Positions 22,301 through 29,597 of a DNA stretch of 64,000 bases are shown in pieces. This DNA comes from Bacilli bacterium (lineage in GTDB: Bacteria; Bacillota_I; Bacilli_A; RFN20; CAG-826): the NCBI GenBank assembly GCA_045598525.1, contig JAZLMH010000012.1, positions 4,154 through 68,153 of the forward strand, read 5' to 3'. A program made the translations under genes and the position numbers. Below the pieces are notes generated by a model that was given only the letters and a program-made list of their open reading frames with translations, was not told the origin of the DNA and made no database searches. Each line of letters starts with the position of its first letter. The first letter of the stretch is position 1.

Positions 22301-25300
22301 TTTCAATATCCCATCCACCGTTTGCTCTAACATCAGCGTCGATAAGAGGGAGGATTGCTTTTGTTCTTGCCTCTGTTCCATACCAGGAAACACCGCTGAT
22401 TGCGAATTCGATTTGGCCAAGGAATGTTGACTGGGTGATGCCCGCAACGTTTTCCTGGAAGGTTGAAAGGGTTGTGAATGCCTCGGTGCTATTAAGAGCT
22501 TTAAGCATTGGAGCGACAAAGCGATTAGCATCGAGCTTCTCCATCTGAGAGAGCTTAGCTGTATCAAGTTTTCCTGCCGAATCAAGAAGGCCGGTAACTG
22601 GATCGGTGGTGACTTCTAAAATGGTGAGAATTGCATCTCCGATAACTCTACGTTCTGCAATGTCGTTTGTCTGATATGCAAACATGACGTTGGTGTGGCC
22701 AAAAGCCTCACTAGTTGGTGCAAGCATGTTTGCGATTGTTGAAAGAATCTGAGTGATGCCTGTGCGGCCTAAGAGGATTGACTCAGACATATTGTCGAGA
22801 AGTGATTTTAAGTATGGTGTTTTGAAATCGCCAAGATTAGCGTCAATTCCATCAATCATGAGGGCAAGAGCGCCAGATGAAGCGATGCATCTGATAATTT
22901 CCGCTAATCTAACACCTTCTTCTTGGAAGGCCGCTTGGCCTATAGCGACATCAGCCATGCTTCCGCCTTCGATGGCGTAGCTAAGAACATCGTTTTTGAT
23001 TGTGAGATAAGATTCATCGAGCGAAGGGTCTTTGCTTTGTGTTTTGTAAACGCCGCCGTCATATGTTTCTTCGACATCGGTGAAGAATCTTCCAATATCC
23101 CCTGCTCCTTTAGCGAGTTTGACGATCTTGGAAGCAAGGTAGTTAGGGAAGATCCATTTGACTGTATTGCCTGCATCTGGCTGAACGAATAATTGTGAAC
23201 CTGCAAGGTAATTGAAGAGGGTTGTGATCATTTCTGGATCAAGAGACTCTAAAGCAATCGAGGAAATATCTCCGACAATTGATGCATATTTCGTCATTGT
23301 GTCAAGGGCAGCGCCTTCGGCACCCCAATCAGTGACGTTCTTGAATGAGAGCTGGATAGTATTTCCTGATTCATCAACATAGTTGAAGACTGCGTTTGTT
23401 CCAATTGCCCCATCGACGATATCACCCATGATGGTCTTTAGGAGTTCGCTAGAGCCGACTTTGCCAAAGAGTCCGGCAAAAGAGATATTTGACATCATGT
23501 CTAAAGACAGGCCTGATGAGAATGTTGCGAGAAGCTTTTGATCACAAATATATTTGATGAAGTCGACAAAGCCGTTGATTTCGGAATCAAGGTCAAATGC
23601 CTCATCCATGATGACCGCTTTAAGGTTAGCCTTCATTTCTTCATTGCCTAAACCTGTAGAATCGAAAATCATCTGGAAGATGCTATAGATGCTTTCATTA
23701 TATAGAGGCATGCCATGGTCATCGCCAATTGGGTTAAAGATTTTGCTTTCGCCAATGCCAATTAAGAATTTAGCGAGCTGAGGTTCGTTAGAAGCTGTCT
23801 TTAATTGGCAAAGAGCTGAGAAGGTTTTCTCTAAAGCAGCCATGTCGCTTGTGCCGCTAAATGCGCTCATGAGATAAGTCACGACATCTTGGCATTCTGA
23901 ATAGACGCCGATGATTTTTGCAAGTTCATTGCCAAGGATGGATTTGCCGTCTGCATCTTTTGGTACAAGGTCTAATTTGAGGTCAAGGCCAAGTGATGAT
24001 TTAAGGAATCCATCATCCCCTCCAACAAATTTGTTGAGAATTGAAGGGAGGAGATTAGAGAAGATTTTTGAGTTATCGATTGATTTGATGCTTTGTGCTA
24101 AAGCTTCGAGCAATCCGTCTTTAGCGCCTAAGAAGGAGCCGTTCTTATCAAAATATAAGCCTGGAAGATTATCGAAGTCTGAGATTAAGGCTTTGCCTTC
24201 TTCGCTTGCCGCTAATGGGCGGATGACACCAAGAAGATTCTTTGTTTCTTCTTTTGCAGCTTCTTTTTTGCCTTCTAAGTCTTTTGACTTATAGTCGTTA
24301 ACTATTGAAGATAGGTCAATTTTGTCTGCGCCCTCTAAACCAATAGATAAATTGATGGAGTTTTCAAGAATATTGAGGAAGGCTGGGACAGCATTAGCGA
24401 TGAGGCTAGAATCGAGCAAACATTTCTTATCGCTTTCAAGCCCTCTGCCGTCGATAAATTTTTCAACATTGTCGACGTTATTTAAAACAAGAGTGACAAG
24501 GCCGTTGATTTGTTCTTCACCGAAAGAGCCTTCTTCTTCAAATGCTGGAGTGAGAATGAGAGGGAGGAAGCCACTATCGAAATGAGCGAGATCAAAGACC
24601 ACGTCGAAGATAAGTCTGAGTTCATCAACAAAGTTGATGTTTTTGATTGATGAAGGGATGGCGACTGGGCGGCCTTCTGGTGTGCAGTTAAGTTCGTCGC
24701 CTTTTAATTCAGGGAGAAGGTCTTTTAATCCGATGACAATCGTTCCGTCGGCTGCTTCTTCTGCTAGTTTGTATTCTTTGACTGCCTGGACATAGATTGC
24801 GCTGGTGATTAGGTCATTAAAGAAAGCTAGCTCATCTGAGCCTAATGTCTCAAAGAGTGCGTCATAAGTTGCCTGATATTGAGGATCAAGCATCGAGGTG
24901 ACGGTTTCTTGGTTGAAGACGAATTCGCCTGTGATGTCATCGATTGTCACATTTAAGATTCCTGAATCGATGATTGTTTCATAGAGGTCAGCAAGCTTAT
25001 TGAATGTTCCTGCGTGGTCATAGTGAGAAACATCAATTCCTTCTTCAGTCAAAACATATTGGGCGACATCGTCAAAGTGGAGCAATGCGTCAAAGAAGAC
25101 TGGCGCGATTTCCTGGACGAGTTGGGACTGACCGATAGCGCGGAGGAGTTTTGGAGCGTACTGGGAGGTTGCGAAGACCGCAAGAGATTGAGAATCGAAA
25201 CCTTTATCTCCAAGGAGTCCACTATCGATTGCATAGCTTGCGATTTTAATGACTTGGGACAATTCGTTAACGATTGTGAATTTGTCGCCATTTGAAAGGT

Positions 25301-26129
25301 CGATGGTTGAGATGTATGTCATGAAAGCTTCGTCAAATCTCATGCCTGTTTCGCCATCTGCGTACCAGGAGAAAAAGACTTTGCTGAATGCTGAATTGTC
25401 GTAAGTGTCAATTAAACCCGTGATTGTTTGGTAAACGTTTGAATCCACAACAACACGGTTGGAGCTTTCTTCTTCCTTAGGGATTCTTTCAAAGCTTCTG
25501 CTTAAGTTGTTAGCCAAGCTTGTAAGCGGGGAGATGAACATCGCCAAAACGACAACCGACGTGATTGCTTGTTCAAATCCAGAAAGGACTTTGAGGTTCT
25601 TTTTCTTTCTTGCCTCTTTTGGAATGAACCATTTGAAGAGGGCGTGCCAAAGGATTAAGCAAAGGAGGTTGCCGACGATTGCGATGACGATAGCCTCGAC
25701 AATAAGAGCAATGATTGAAGCAAAGGAGAGAGCGATAGCTAAAGCGTATTCCGTGATAGCGGCTGGATCTGCTTTGATGCTAAACGCTTTAAGAAGCTGG
25801 GAGATAACATCTGTTCCTGTTTCTCGGATCGTCGTTAATGGCGACTCAATAAGCACAACGTTCGAATCGATTTCCATTTCGAAAGAAACCGTTTGGTTGA
25901 AGCCGGTCAAACTAAAATCAGCGATTGCTCCGCCAAGAGACTTGAGCGCGAATAACCCGCCCGCGATTAAAAAAGCGAAGAAAACGAAACGGAAAGTACC
26001 ATATTTCCAGCCTTGTAAAAGACCGCGTAGAAAACCGAGGATGAGAACAAGGAACACAAGCCCGAATAAGACCCACATTCCGATGTCAAAGTAGTGAATA
26101 ATTGCTTCTGGGTTAAAATTGAGATCCAT
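19392..26129 (-). CDS. giant (2245 aa) membrane-anchored protein of unknown function, with a CvpA-like multi-TM N-terminus
   Basis: Uninterrupted 6.7-kb ORF. The first ~200 aa carry 4-5 TM helices (VLFGLVFLVLILGFLRGLLQGWKYG...). The remainder has no motif I recognise. Confidence 0.85.
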   Translation of the reverse strand: MDLNFNPEAIIHYFDIGMWVLFGLVFLVLILGFLRGLLQGWKYGTFRFVFFAFLIAGGLFALKSLGGAIADFSLTGFNQTVSFEMEIDSNVVLIESPLTTIRETGTDVISQLLKAFSIKADPAAITEYALAIALSFASIIALIVEAIVIAIVGNLLCLILWHALFKWFIPKEARKKKNLKVLSGFEQAITSVVVLAMFISPLTSLANNLSRSFERIPKEEESSNRVVVDSNVYQTITGLIDTYDNSAFSKVFFSWYADGETGMRFDEAFMTYISTIDLSNGDKFTIVNELSQVIKIASYAIDSGLLGDKGFDSQSLAVFATSQYAPKLLRAIGQSQLVQEIAPVFFDALLHFDDVAQYVLTEEGIDVSHYDHAGTFNKLADLYETIIDSGILNVTIDDITGEFVFNQETVTSMLDPQYQATYDALFETLGSDELAFFNDLITSAIYVQAVKEYKLAEEAADGTIVIGLKDLLPELKGDELNCTPEGRPVAIPSSIKNINFVDELRLIFDVVFDLAHFDSGFLPLILTPAFEEEGSFGEEQINGLVTLVLNNVDNVEKFIDGRGLESDKKCLLDSSLIANAVPAFLNILENSINLSIGLEGADKIDLSSIVNDYKSKDLEGKKEAAKEETKNLLGVIRPLAASEEGKALISDFDNLPGLYFDKNGSFLGAKDGLLEALAQSIKSIDNSKIFSNLLPSILNKFVGGDDGFLKSSLGLDLKLDLVPKDADGKSILGNELAKIIGVYSECQDVVTYLMSAFSGTSDMAALEKTFSALCQLKTASNEPQLAKFLIGIGESKIFNPIGDDHGMPLYNESIYSIFQMIFDSTGLGNEEMKANLKAVIMDEAFDLDSEINGFVDFIKYICDQKLLATFSSGLSLDMMSNISFAGLFGKVGSSELLKTIMGDIVDGAIGTNAVFNYVDESGNTIQLSFKNVTDWGAEGAALDTMTKYASIVGDISSIALESLDPEMITTLFNYLAGSQLFVQPDAGNTVKWIFPNYLASKIVKLAKGAGDIGRFFTDVEETYDGGVYKTQSKDPSLDESYLTIKNDVLSYAIEGGSMADVAIGQAAFQEEGVRLAEIIRCIASSGALALMIDGIDANLGDFKTPYLKSLLDNMSESILLGRTGITQILSTIANMLAPTSEAFGHTNVMFAYQTNDIAERRVIGDAILTILEVTTDPVTGLLDSAGKLDTAKLSQMEKLDANRFVAPMLKALNSTEAFTTLSTFQENVAGITQSTFLGQIEFAISGVSWYGTEARTKAILPLIDADVRANGGWDIEIDRFSKVLNDFHSMGSEISGGLSFDSYFTEKEYGEDIVGNLLMHINESRLLYPGLPEKFDSALSSLTSGSLAGSGISLTNANTYYAGKGTVDTYNYATNAYDEDECFRLASILGKASKLGSLDLSDISSLTASDVDNVTGLLADFAQSNIFNTLKSEATTSVFQDVMGALFGGDALKEYYISNLSPKDAANSSNYVTALEKAKYVANQAYPYISSTNSNSDVTNLVDPSSPNSLRSLLATITSDSSFSSALANGTFDTLSESQMGILLNALNKCDWTYDIVPNAIASSINSQTLDAVELKRANPYYQYEYNITLSGSSYENSGVMLMSSNYENRYDDDEIELVAKIVSLVKSDSSLTTNLSNKTQILKLKNFLKALDDSYSFHLAGASYLLKTDDSLSFTVTDLPVFEQAMYNLYVQSGLAALSYNEVYDGEYASYQAKILDKVNNYQDSKWGTELDNLILKDDLTGGLFGTAIDLGFISGGGVSISSSEILSKTPTELGELLYATNKVDLAYELVPYELQKTILDTINFKEFSKVTATYDVDASSYSLDLDNAVYGIKVYMASGAAPTISYEKAGSTFAVSPTNPAPNAYEYVLFNGSSITDRPLAKDVSIAGSGTISKVEVTFSVDKIIGLNQAELDVQNGLTHSGAINELIEVASGCFYSEMTNSYIDFASDPFALGTLFGTPGKLTKIVRFIKSDKSFFTSKYDSQFNKTDSAYFDAGDVSASGILSFQFGSYSVNLFEYMPDYNAANRMPGYKNLHDIFSADDLVTVSAWLDTHMIEVATFYGAYNALSNIQARYAVIPTAAFSYNGEHVGTYLGTSASWNTFEAAFKTGFARRFYADMRDAALLSAHFTSDQTKHPLFLPNASNYIGFLDLTRNDILPILNDAQAAGMPNKNGIAAKLNELSEAPAAYPYKDVVASYYEKAIYEILLISNPGAFGTQPTSFPEAFGATGYLRNAAIILNPSLA

Positions 26130-26203
26130 AAAAACCCTCCTATTTGCTTAGGCGAAATAATTATGAGATAGACACAGATTAATTTTCAATTAAAATATGG
26201 TGT

Positions 26204-27025
26204 ATGGAACAGCTAAAGAAAAGAAAAAAACAACGTTTCTATAACCCGTTTGCGACCGAAAAGTGTGATGAATGCGGAACTTCTTATCAAGCTGGTTATA
26301 CAGCTTGCCCGCATTGTAAAAAAGAAAATTCTCACAAAAATCGTGCCACTCCTTTTGATGAAACGAGGATGATGTCACCAGGCGTTGAACTTGCAGTCTT
26401 CCTAACTGGTTGGATTGGCTTCAGAGTTATTGCGGAAATTGTTAGCTATATTTTGGTCAATTTTGTTGGAACGAATGAGTATTCTTTATTGACCCTTAAC
26501 TATATTAGTTACGGAGTCTTGTTCTTGGCGATTGTTGGAATCAGTTTCAGGTTCCTTCCAAAGCTTTTCAAAAACGTCTTCAGAAAGGAAATCCTCTTTG
26601 GGCTACTTGTATGGCTTGCCATCCTTGTGTTTGACGGGGAATGGGCAAGAATCATAGGCATGTTCCAAGCGTCTACAAACATAAACCAAACAGTGGTCAA
26701 TGACATGATCAAGCAATCTCCGCTTCTTGCAATCGTATTTACAGGATTTATCGCCCCTTTCTGTGAGGAGATGACTTACCGTTGTAGCCTCTTTGCTTTT
26801 GGCTCAAGAATCAATAAAGTTCTAGCTTATGTTGGAACCGCGTTTATCTTTGCTTTTATCCATATGCATGATTTCACTAGTTTGAATGAATGGCTCAATA
26901 TCCCACCATACGTTTTCGCTGGTTTGGCCTTTTGCTTTGCTTATGATAAGTGGGGTTTAGGCGCTTCTTTACTAGCGCACGTGACTAATAACACTATAGC
27001 TGTATTGCTAACAATTGCCTTATGA
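26204..27025 (+). CDS. CPBP family intramembrane glutamic endopeptidase (CAAX protease/Abi-type) with an N-terminal zinc ribbon
   Basis: CDECG...CPHCK, then TM helices carrying EEMTYR, FAFIHM and HVTNN motifs. Confidence 0.8.
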   Translation: MEQLKKRKKQRFYNPFATEKCDECGTSYQAGYTACPHCKKENSHKNRATPFDETRMMSPGVELAVFLTGWIGFRVIAEIVSYILVNFVGTNEYSLLTLNYISYGVLFLAIVGISFRFLPKLFKNVFRKEILFGLLVWLAILVFDGEWARIIGMFQASTNINQTVVNDMIKQSPLLAIVFTGFIAPFCEEMTYRCSLFAFGSRINKVLAYVGTAFIFAFIHMHDFTSLNEWLNIPPYVFAGLAFCFAYDKWGLGASLLAHVTNNTIAVLLTIAL

Positions 27026-27921
27026 GAGAAAAAATCCAGATCCTTAATCAACTTCCACTTAAAATCATTGCCATGCTGACAATGACAATCGACCATATCG
27101 GTGTCTTTTTGTATAACATGGGCAACTTCCCAATCGGTTCTGTCGCTTATAACCTTGGGCACATTTTTAGATGCATCGGCCGTCTTTCTTTCCCTCTTTT
27201 CATCTTCATGCTTGCTGAAGGTTTAAGAAAGACTCACGACCGTCTGAATTACGTTCTTCGTTTTGCGGTTCTTTGGGGGCTAATAACATTCGCAGAAATC
27301 ATTCTTTATTTCATTGACCCATCTCTTGCGATCGCAGGTCAGGCATTCACCGATTTATTATGTTACGCGTTATTTATTTACCTTATTGAACATAAAAATA
27401 AGCCGATACGCCTATTGGCATTGCTTCCTTTAGGATATATGGTTCTTAGCTATTCATGCGACGCTAGCGAAGTTTGGTGCATGATGAATGGCCAAATCTC
27501 TGCATGGTCTTCTTTCTTCCCTGAATTCCTTAGAGGCGGCTATACAATCTATGGTTTCTTAATGTTCCTTGGCATCTATTATTCGCCTGTCGCCGTTGAT
27601 TGGTTCTACAAGAAAACTCTTGGCGATATGAAAGATAAAATGAGTGAATGGACAAGTGGCCCTAAATATCAGGGACTTGTTAATATGCTTAGCTCCACTT
27701 CTATTTTGGTTTTCACATTGCTTTTCTGGCTTTTTGAAAAAACCACTGGTTTATGGAACCTTGGCATGGAAATTCAATCATGGTGTGTCATTTCTTGCTT
27801 ACTTATAGCTTGCTATAACGGTAAGAGAGGATGGGATGCCAAATGGTTTAGATGGTTTGAATATTTATTCTATCCGGTGCATCTTGTTTTGATTTTCGGT
27901 GTATTTACATTATTCTTTTAG
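27022..27921 (+). CDS. TraX family membrane protein
   Basis: N-terminus LKIIAMLTMTIDHIGVFL is typical of TraX; polytopic. ATGA overlap with the CPBP gene. Confidence 0.7.
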   Translation: MREKIQILNQLPLKIIAMLTMTIDHIGVFLYNMGNFPIGSVAYNLGHIFRCIGRLSFPLFIFMLAEGLRKTHDRLNYVLRFAVLWGLITFAEIILYFIDPSLAIAGQAFTDLLCYALFIYLIEHKNKPIRLLALLPLGYMVLSYSCDASEVWCMMNGQISAWSSFFPEFLRGGYTIYGFLMFLGIYYSPVAVDWFYKKTLGDMKDKMSEWTSGPKYQGLVNMLSSTSILVFTLLFWLFEKTTGLWNLGMEIQSWCVISCLLIACYNGKRGWDAKWFRWFEYLFYPVHLVLIFGVFTLFF

Positions 27922-27938
27922 TGAAGGAGGTTAATATC

Positions 27939-28247
27939 ATGATTATTAACATCAAAGACGTCCAATCATTTGAAAAGGAAACCGCTGAGGGAAAAGTTCT
28001 TGTCGATTTCTACGCAACATGGTGCGGACCATGTAAAATGCTTGCTCCTGTTTTAGAGAAAATCGCACGTGAGCACGAAGATTTGAAGATCCTTGAAGTC
28101 GATGTTGATGAAGTTGGCGAATTAGCCGCTAAATACAACATCATGAGCATCCCTGCTCTTATCTATTTCGAAGGTGGCAAACCTCTTGATATGAGAGTTG
28201 GATTCATGCCTGAAGACAGTGTTCTTCGCTTCGTCAAACTTAAATAA
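27939..28247 (+). CDS. trxA: thioredoxin
   Basis: WCGPCKML active site. ATG at 27939 lies 8 nt after GAAGGAGG; the ORF-track GTG at 27921 would include the RBS. Confidence 0.93.
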   Translation: MIINIKDVQSFEKETAEGKVLVDFYATWCGPCKMLAPVLEKIAREHEDLKILEVDVDEVGELAAKYNIMSIPALIYFEGGKPLDMRVGFMPEDSVLRFVKLK

Positions 28248-28258
28248 GCAAAACAAAT

Positions 28259-28289
28259 GAGGGCAAGTCATGAAAAACTTGCTCTTTTT
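28259..28289 (+). terminator. intrinsic terminator after trxA
   Basis: An 8-10 bp stem (GAGGGCAAGT / ACTTGCTCTT) with an 8-nt loop, followed by a T-run. Confidence 0.55.
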
Positions 28290-28330
28290 AATTCCCTTGC
28301 TTCCCAAATTGTGATATATTTCTTGGAGTC

Positions 28331-28405
28331 GGGCCGTTGGTCCAACGGTTATGATGCTAGCCTGTCACGCTTGAGACACGAGTTCGACTCTCGTACGGCC
28401 CGCCA
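28331..28405 (+). tRNA. tRNA-Asp (anticodon GUC)
   Basis: Acceptor GGGCCGT/ACGGCCC, anticodon loop CTGTCAC, T-arm ACGAG-TTCGACT-CTCGT, encoded CCA. One U-U mismatch in the anticodon stem and a weak D-stem. Confidence 0.8.
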
Positions 28406-28407
28406 TC

Positions 28408-28481
28408 GCAGGTGTAGTTCAATGGTAGAACATCAGCCTTCCAAGCTGATTACGCGGGTTCGATTCCCGTCACCTGCTCCA
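28408..28481 (+). tRNA. tRNA-Gly (anticodon UCC)
   Basis: Acceptor GCAGGTG/CACCTGC, D-arm GTTC-AATGGTA-GAAC, anticodon loop CTTCCAA, T-arm GCGGG-TTCGATT-CCCGT, encoded CCA. Confidence 0.92.
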
Positions 28482-28498
28482 TTGAAAGCAAAATAAAT

Positions 28499-28522
28499 CC
28501 ACGGAATATCCGTGGCTTTTTT
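28499..28522 (+). terminator. intrinsic terminator after the tRNA pair
   Basis: CCACGG-AATAT-CCGTGG followed by CTTTTTT. Confidence 0.75.
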
Positions 28523-28523
28523 A

Positions 28524-29225
28524 TTATTTAAGACTCCATCCAGCGTCAGCGTGATAAATCATCTGTTTTGTCATGCCTCCATCAACGCAGATGTTCTCGC
28601 CATTGATGAATCCTGCTTTTGGCGAGCAAAGATACATGACTGCATTTGCTATGTCTAATGGATTGCCTACTCTTCCAGATGGCTGCTGATAAGCGTCTGG
28701 TCCTTCGTATTCTTTGTAATCTGTATCAATCCAGCCTGGGGAGACTGAATTGACTCTAACTTTACCTGCTAGACTCATCATCAAGGCATGAGTAAGGGCC
28801 GCTATGCCTCCTTTTGCGGCTGTGTAGCTTTCTGTCTGGGCTTGGCTCATTCTGTCTCTTGATGAGGAGATGTTCACTATCGCTGCGTCTTTAGCAAAAA
28901 ATGGAACGAATAGCTTTGTTAGATAGAAAGGAGCTGTTACCCCTACTTTCAACGCGTATTCGAATTCCTCATATGAGCAAGTGTCTATTCCTTTCATTAA
29001 AGGAAGGGCGTTATTTACCAAATAATCAATATGGCCATGTTTATTGATTACGCATTTAGCAAAGTCTTCGAGCGTTTCTTTCTTGGAAAGATCACCGACA
29101 TAGTGATTGCCTTCTAGGATATCAATGATTTCTACTTTGGCACCTGCTTTAGCAAATTCTTCAGCAATGCATTTGCCTATTCCTTTAGCGCCGCCTGTTA
29201 CTACAACAACTTTATCTTTGAACAT
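28524..29225 (-). CDS. short-chain dehydrogenase/reductase (FabG-like oxidoreductase)
   Basis: TGGAKGIG cofactor motif and the catalytic YTAAKGG motif. Start at MFKDK (29225), 7 nt after GGAGGA; the ORF-track start at 29240 contains that RBS. Confidence 0.85.
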   Translation of the reverse strand: MFKDKVVVVTGGAKGIGKCIAEEFAKAGAKVEIIDILEGNHYVGDLSKKETLEDFAKCVINKHGHIDYLVNNALPLMKGIDTCSYEEFEYALKVGVTAPFYLTKLFVPFFAKDAAIVNISSSRDRMSQAQTESYTAAKGGIAALTHALMMSLAGKVRVNSVSPGWIDTDYKEYEGPDAYQQPSGRVGNPLDIANAVMYLCSPKAGFINGENICVDGGMTKQMIYHADAGWSLK

Positions 29226-29278
29226 AAGAAAATCCTCCATACGCTTTCGCTTATCATTATATTCCTATATGGAGAATA

Positions 29279-29303
29279 TAAAAAAAGAAGGGTATCCCCT
29301 TCT
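29279..29303 (-). terminator. intrinsic terminator ending the 33598-29305 operon
   Basis: On the minus strand: AGAAGGG-GATA-CCCTTCT followed by TTTTTTT. Confidence 0.8.
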
Positions 29304-29304
29304 G

Positions 29305-29595
29305 TTACTTAAGAGGTTCCTTCTTTATTGTTTTTAAGAAATAGAGAATGACGACTACGGCGTTTATCATGAATAGCATTACCATGGGAAGGACGATCAA
29401 AAATTTAAAAACATCAGGGTTTTGCTGTAAAAATCCTATGTAATTGTCTGGATAATGGCCAAGCGCCTGTTCGATCTTATCTGGCAAGGTCACAATCATG
29501 ATGATTGAGGTCAAGAGGAAAAAGAGCGATAAGAGGACATCCAAACTGAAGAAGACTCCAGTGACTATTTTCTTTTTGTTTAATGTTATTTTCAT
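29305..29595 (-). CDS. small (96 aa) two-TM membrane protein, last gene of the riboswitch-led operon
   Basis: ATG at 29595, 2 nt after the stop of the 1052-aa gene. Two hydrophobic helices. Confidence 0.6.
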   Translation of the reverse strand: MKITLNKKKIVTGVFFSLDVLLSLFFLLTSIIMIVTLPDKIEQALGHYPDNYIGFLQQNPDVFKFLIVLPMVMLFMINAVVVILYFLKTIKKEPLK

Positions 29596-29597
29596 GC

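Noticed and set aside
25459-26094. A 211-aa plus-strand ORF, and about 15 other nested ORFs within 19392-26129.
   Set aside because: They lie entirely inside the 2245-aa minus-strand ORF. Their Ser/Leu/Arg-rich translations are typical of antisense frames. No promoter or RBS is present.
28257-28496. A 79-aa ORF spanning the tRNA-Asp/tRNA-Gly region, and ORFs at 58806-59109 over tRNA-Ser.
   Set aside because: These coordinates are explained by canonical cloverleaf tRNAs with encoded CCA. The ORFs are artefacts.
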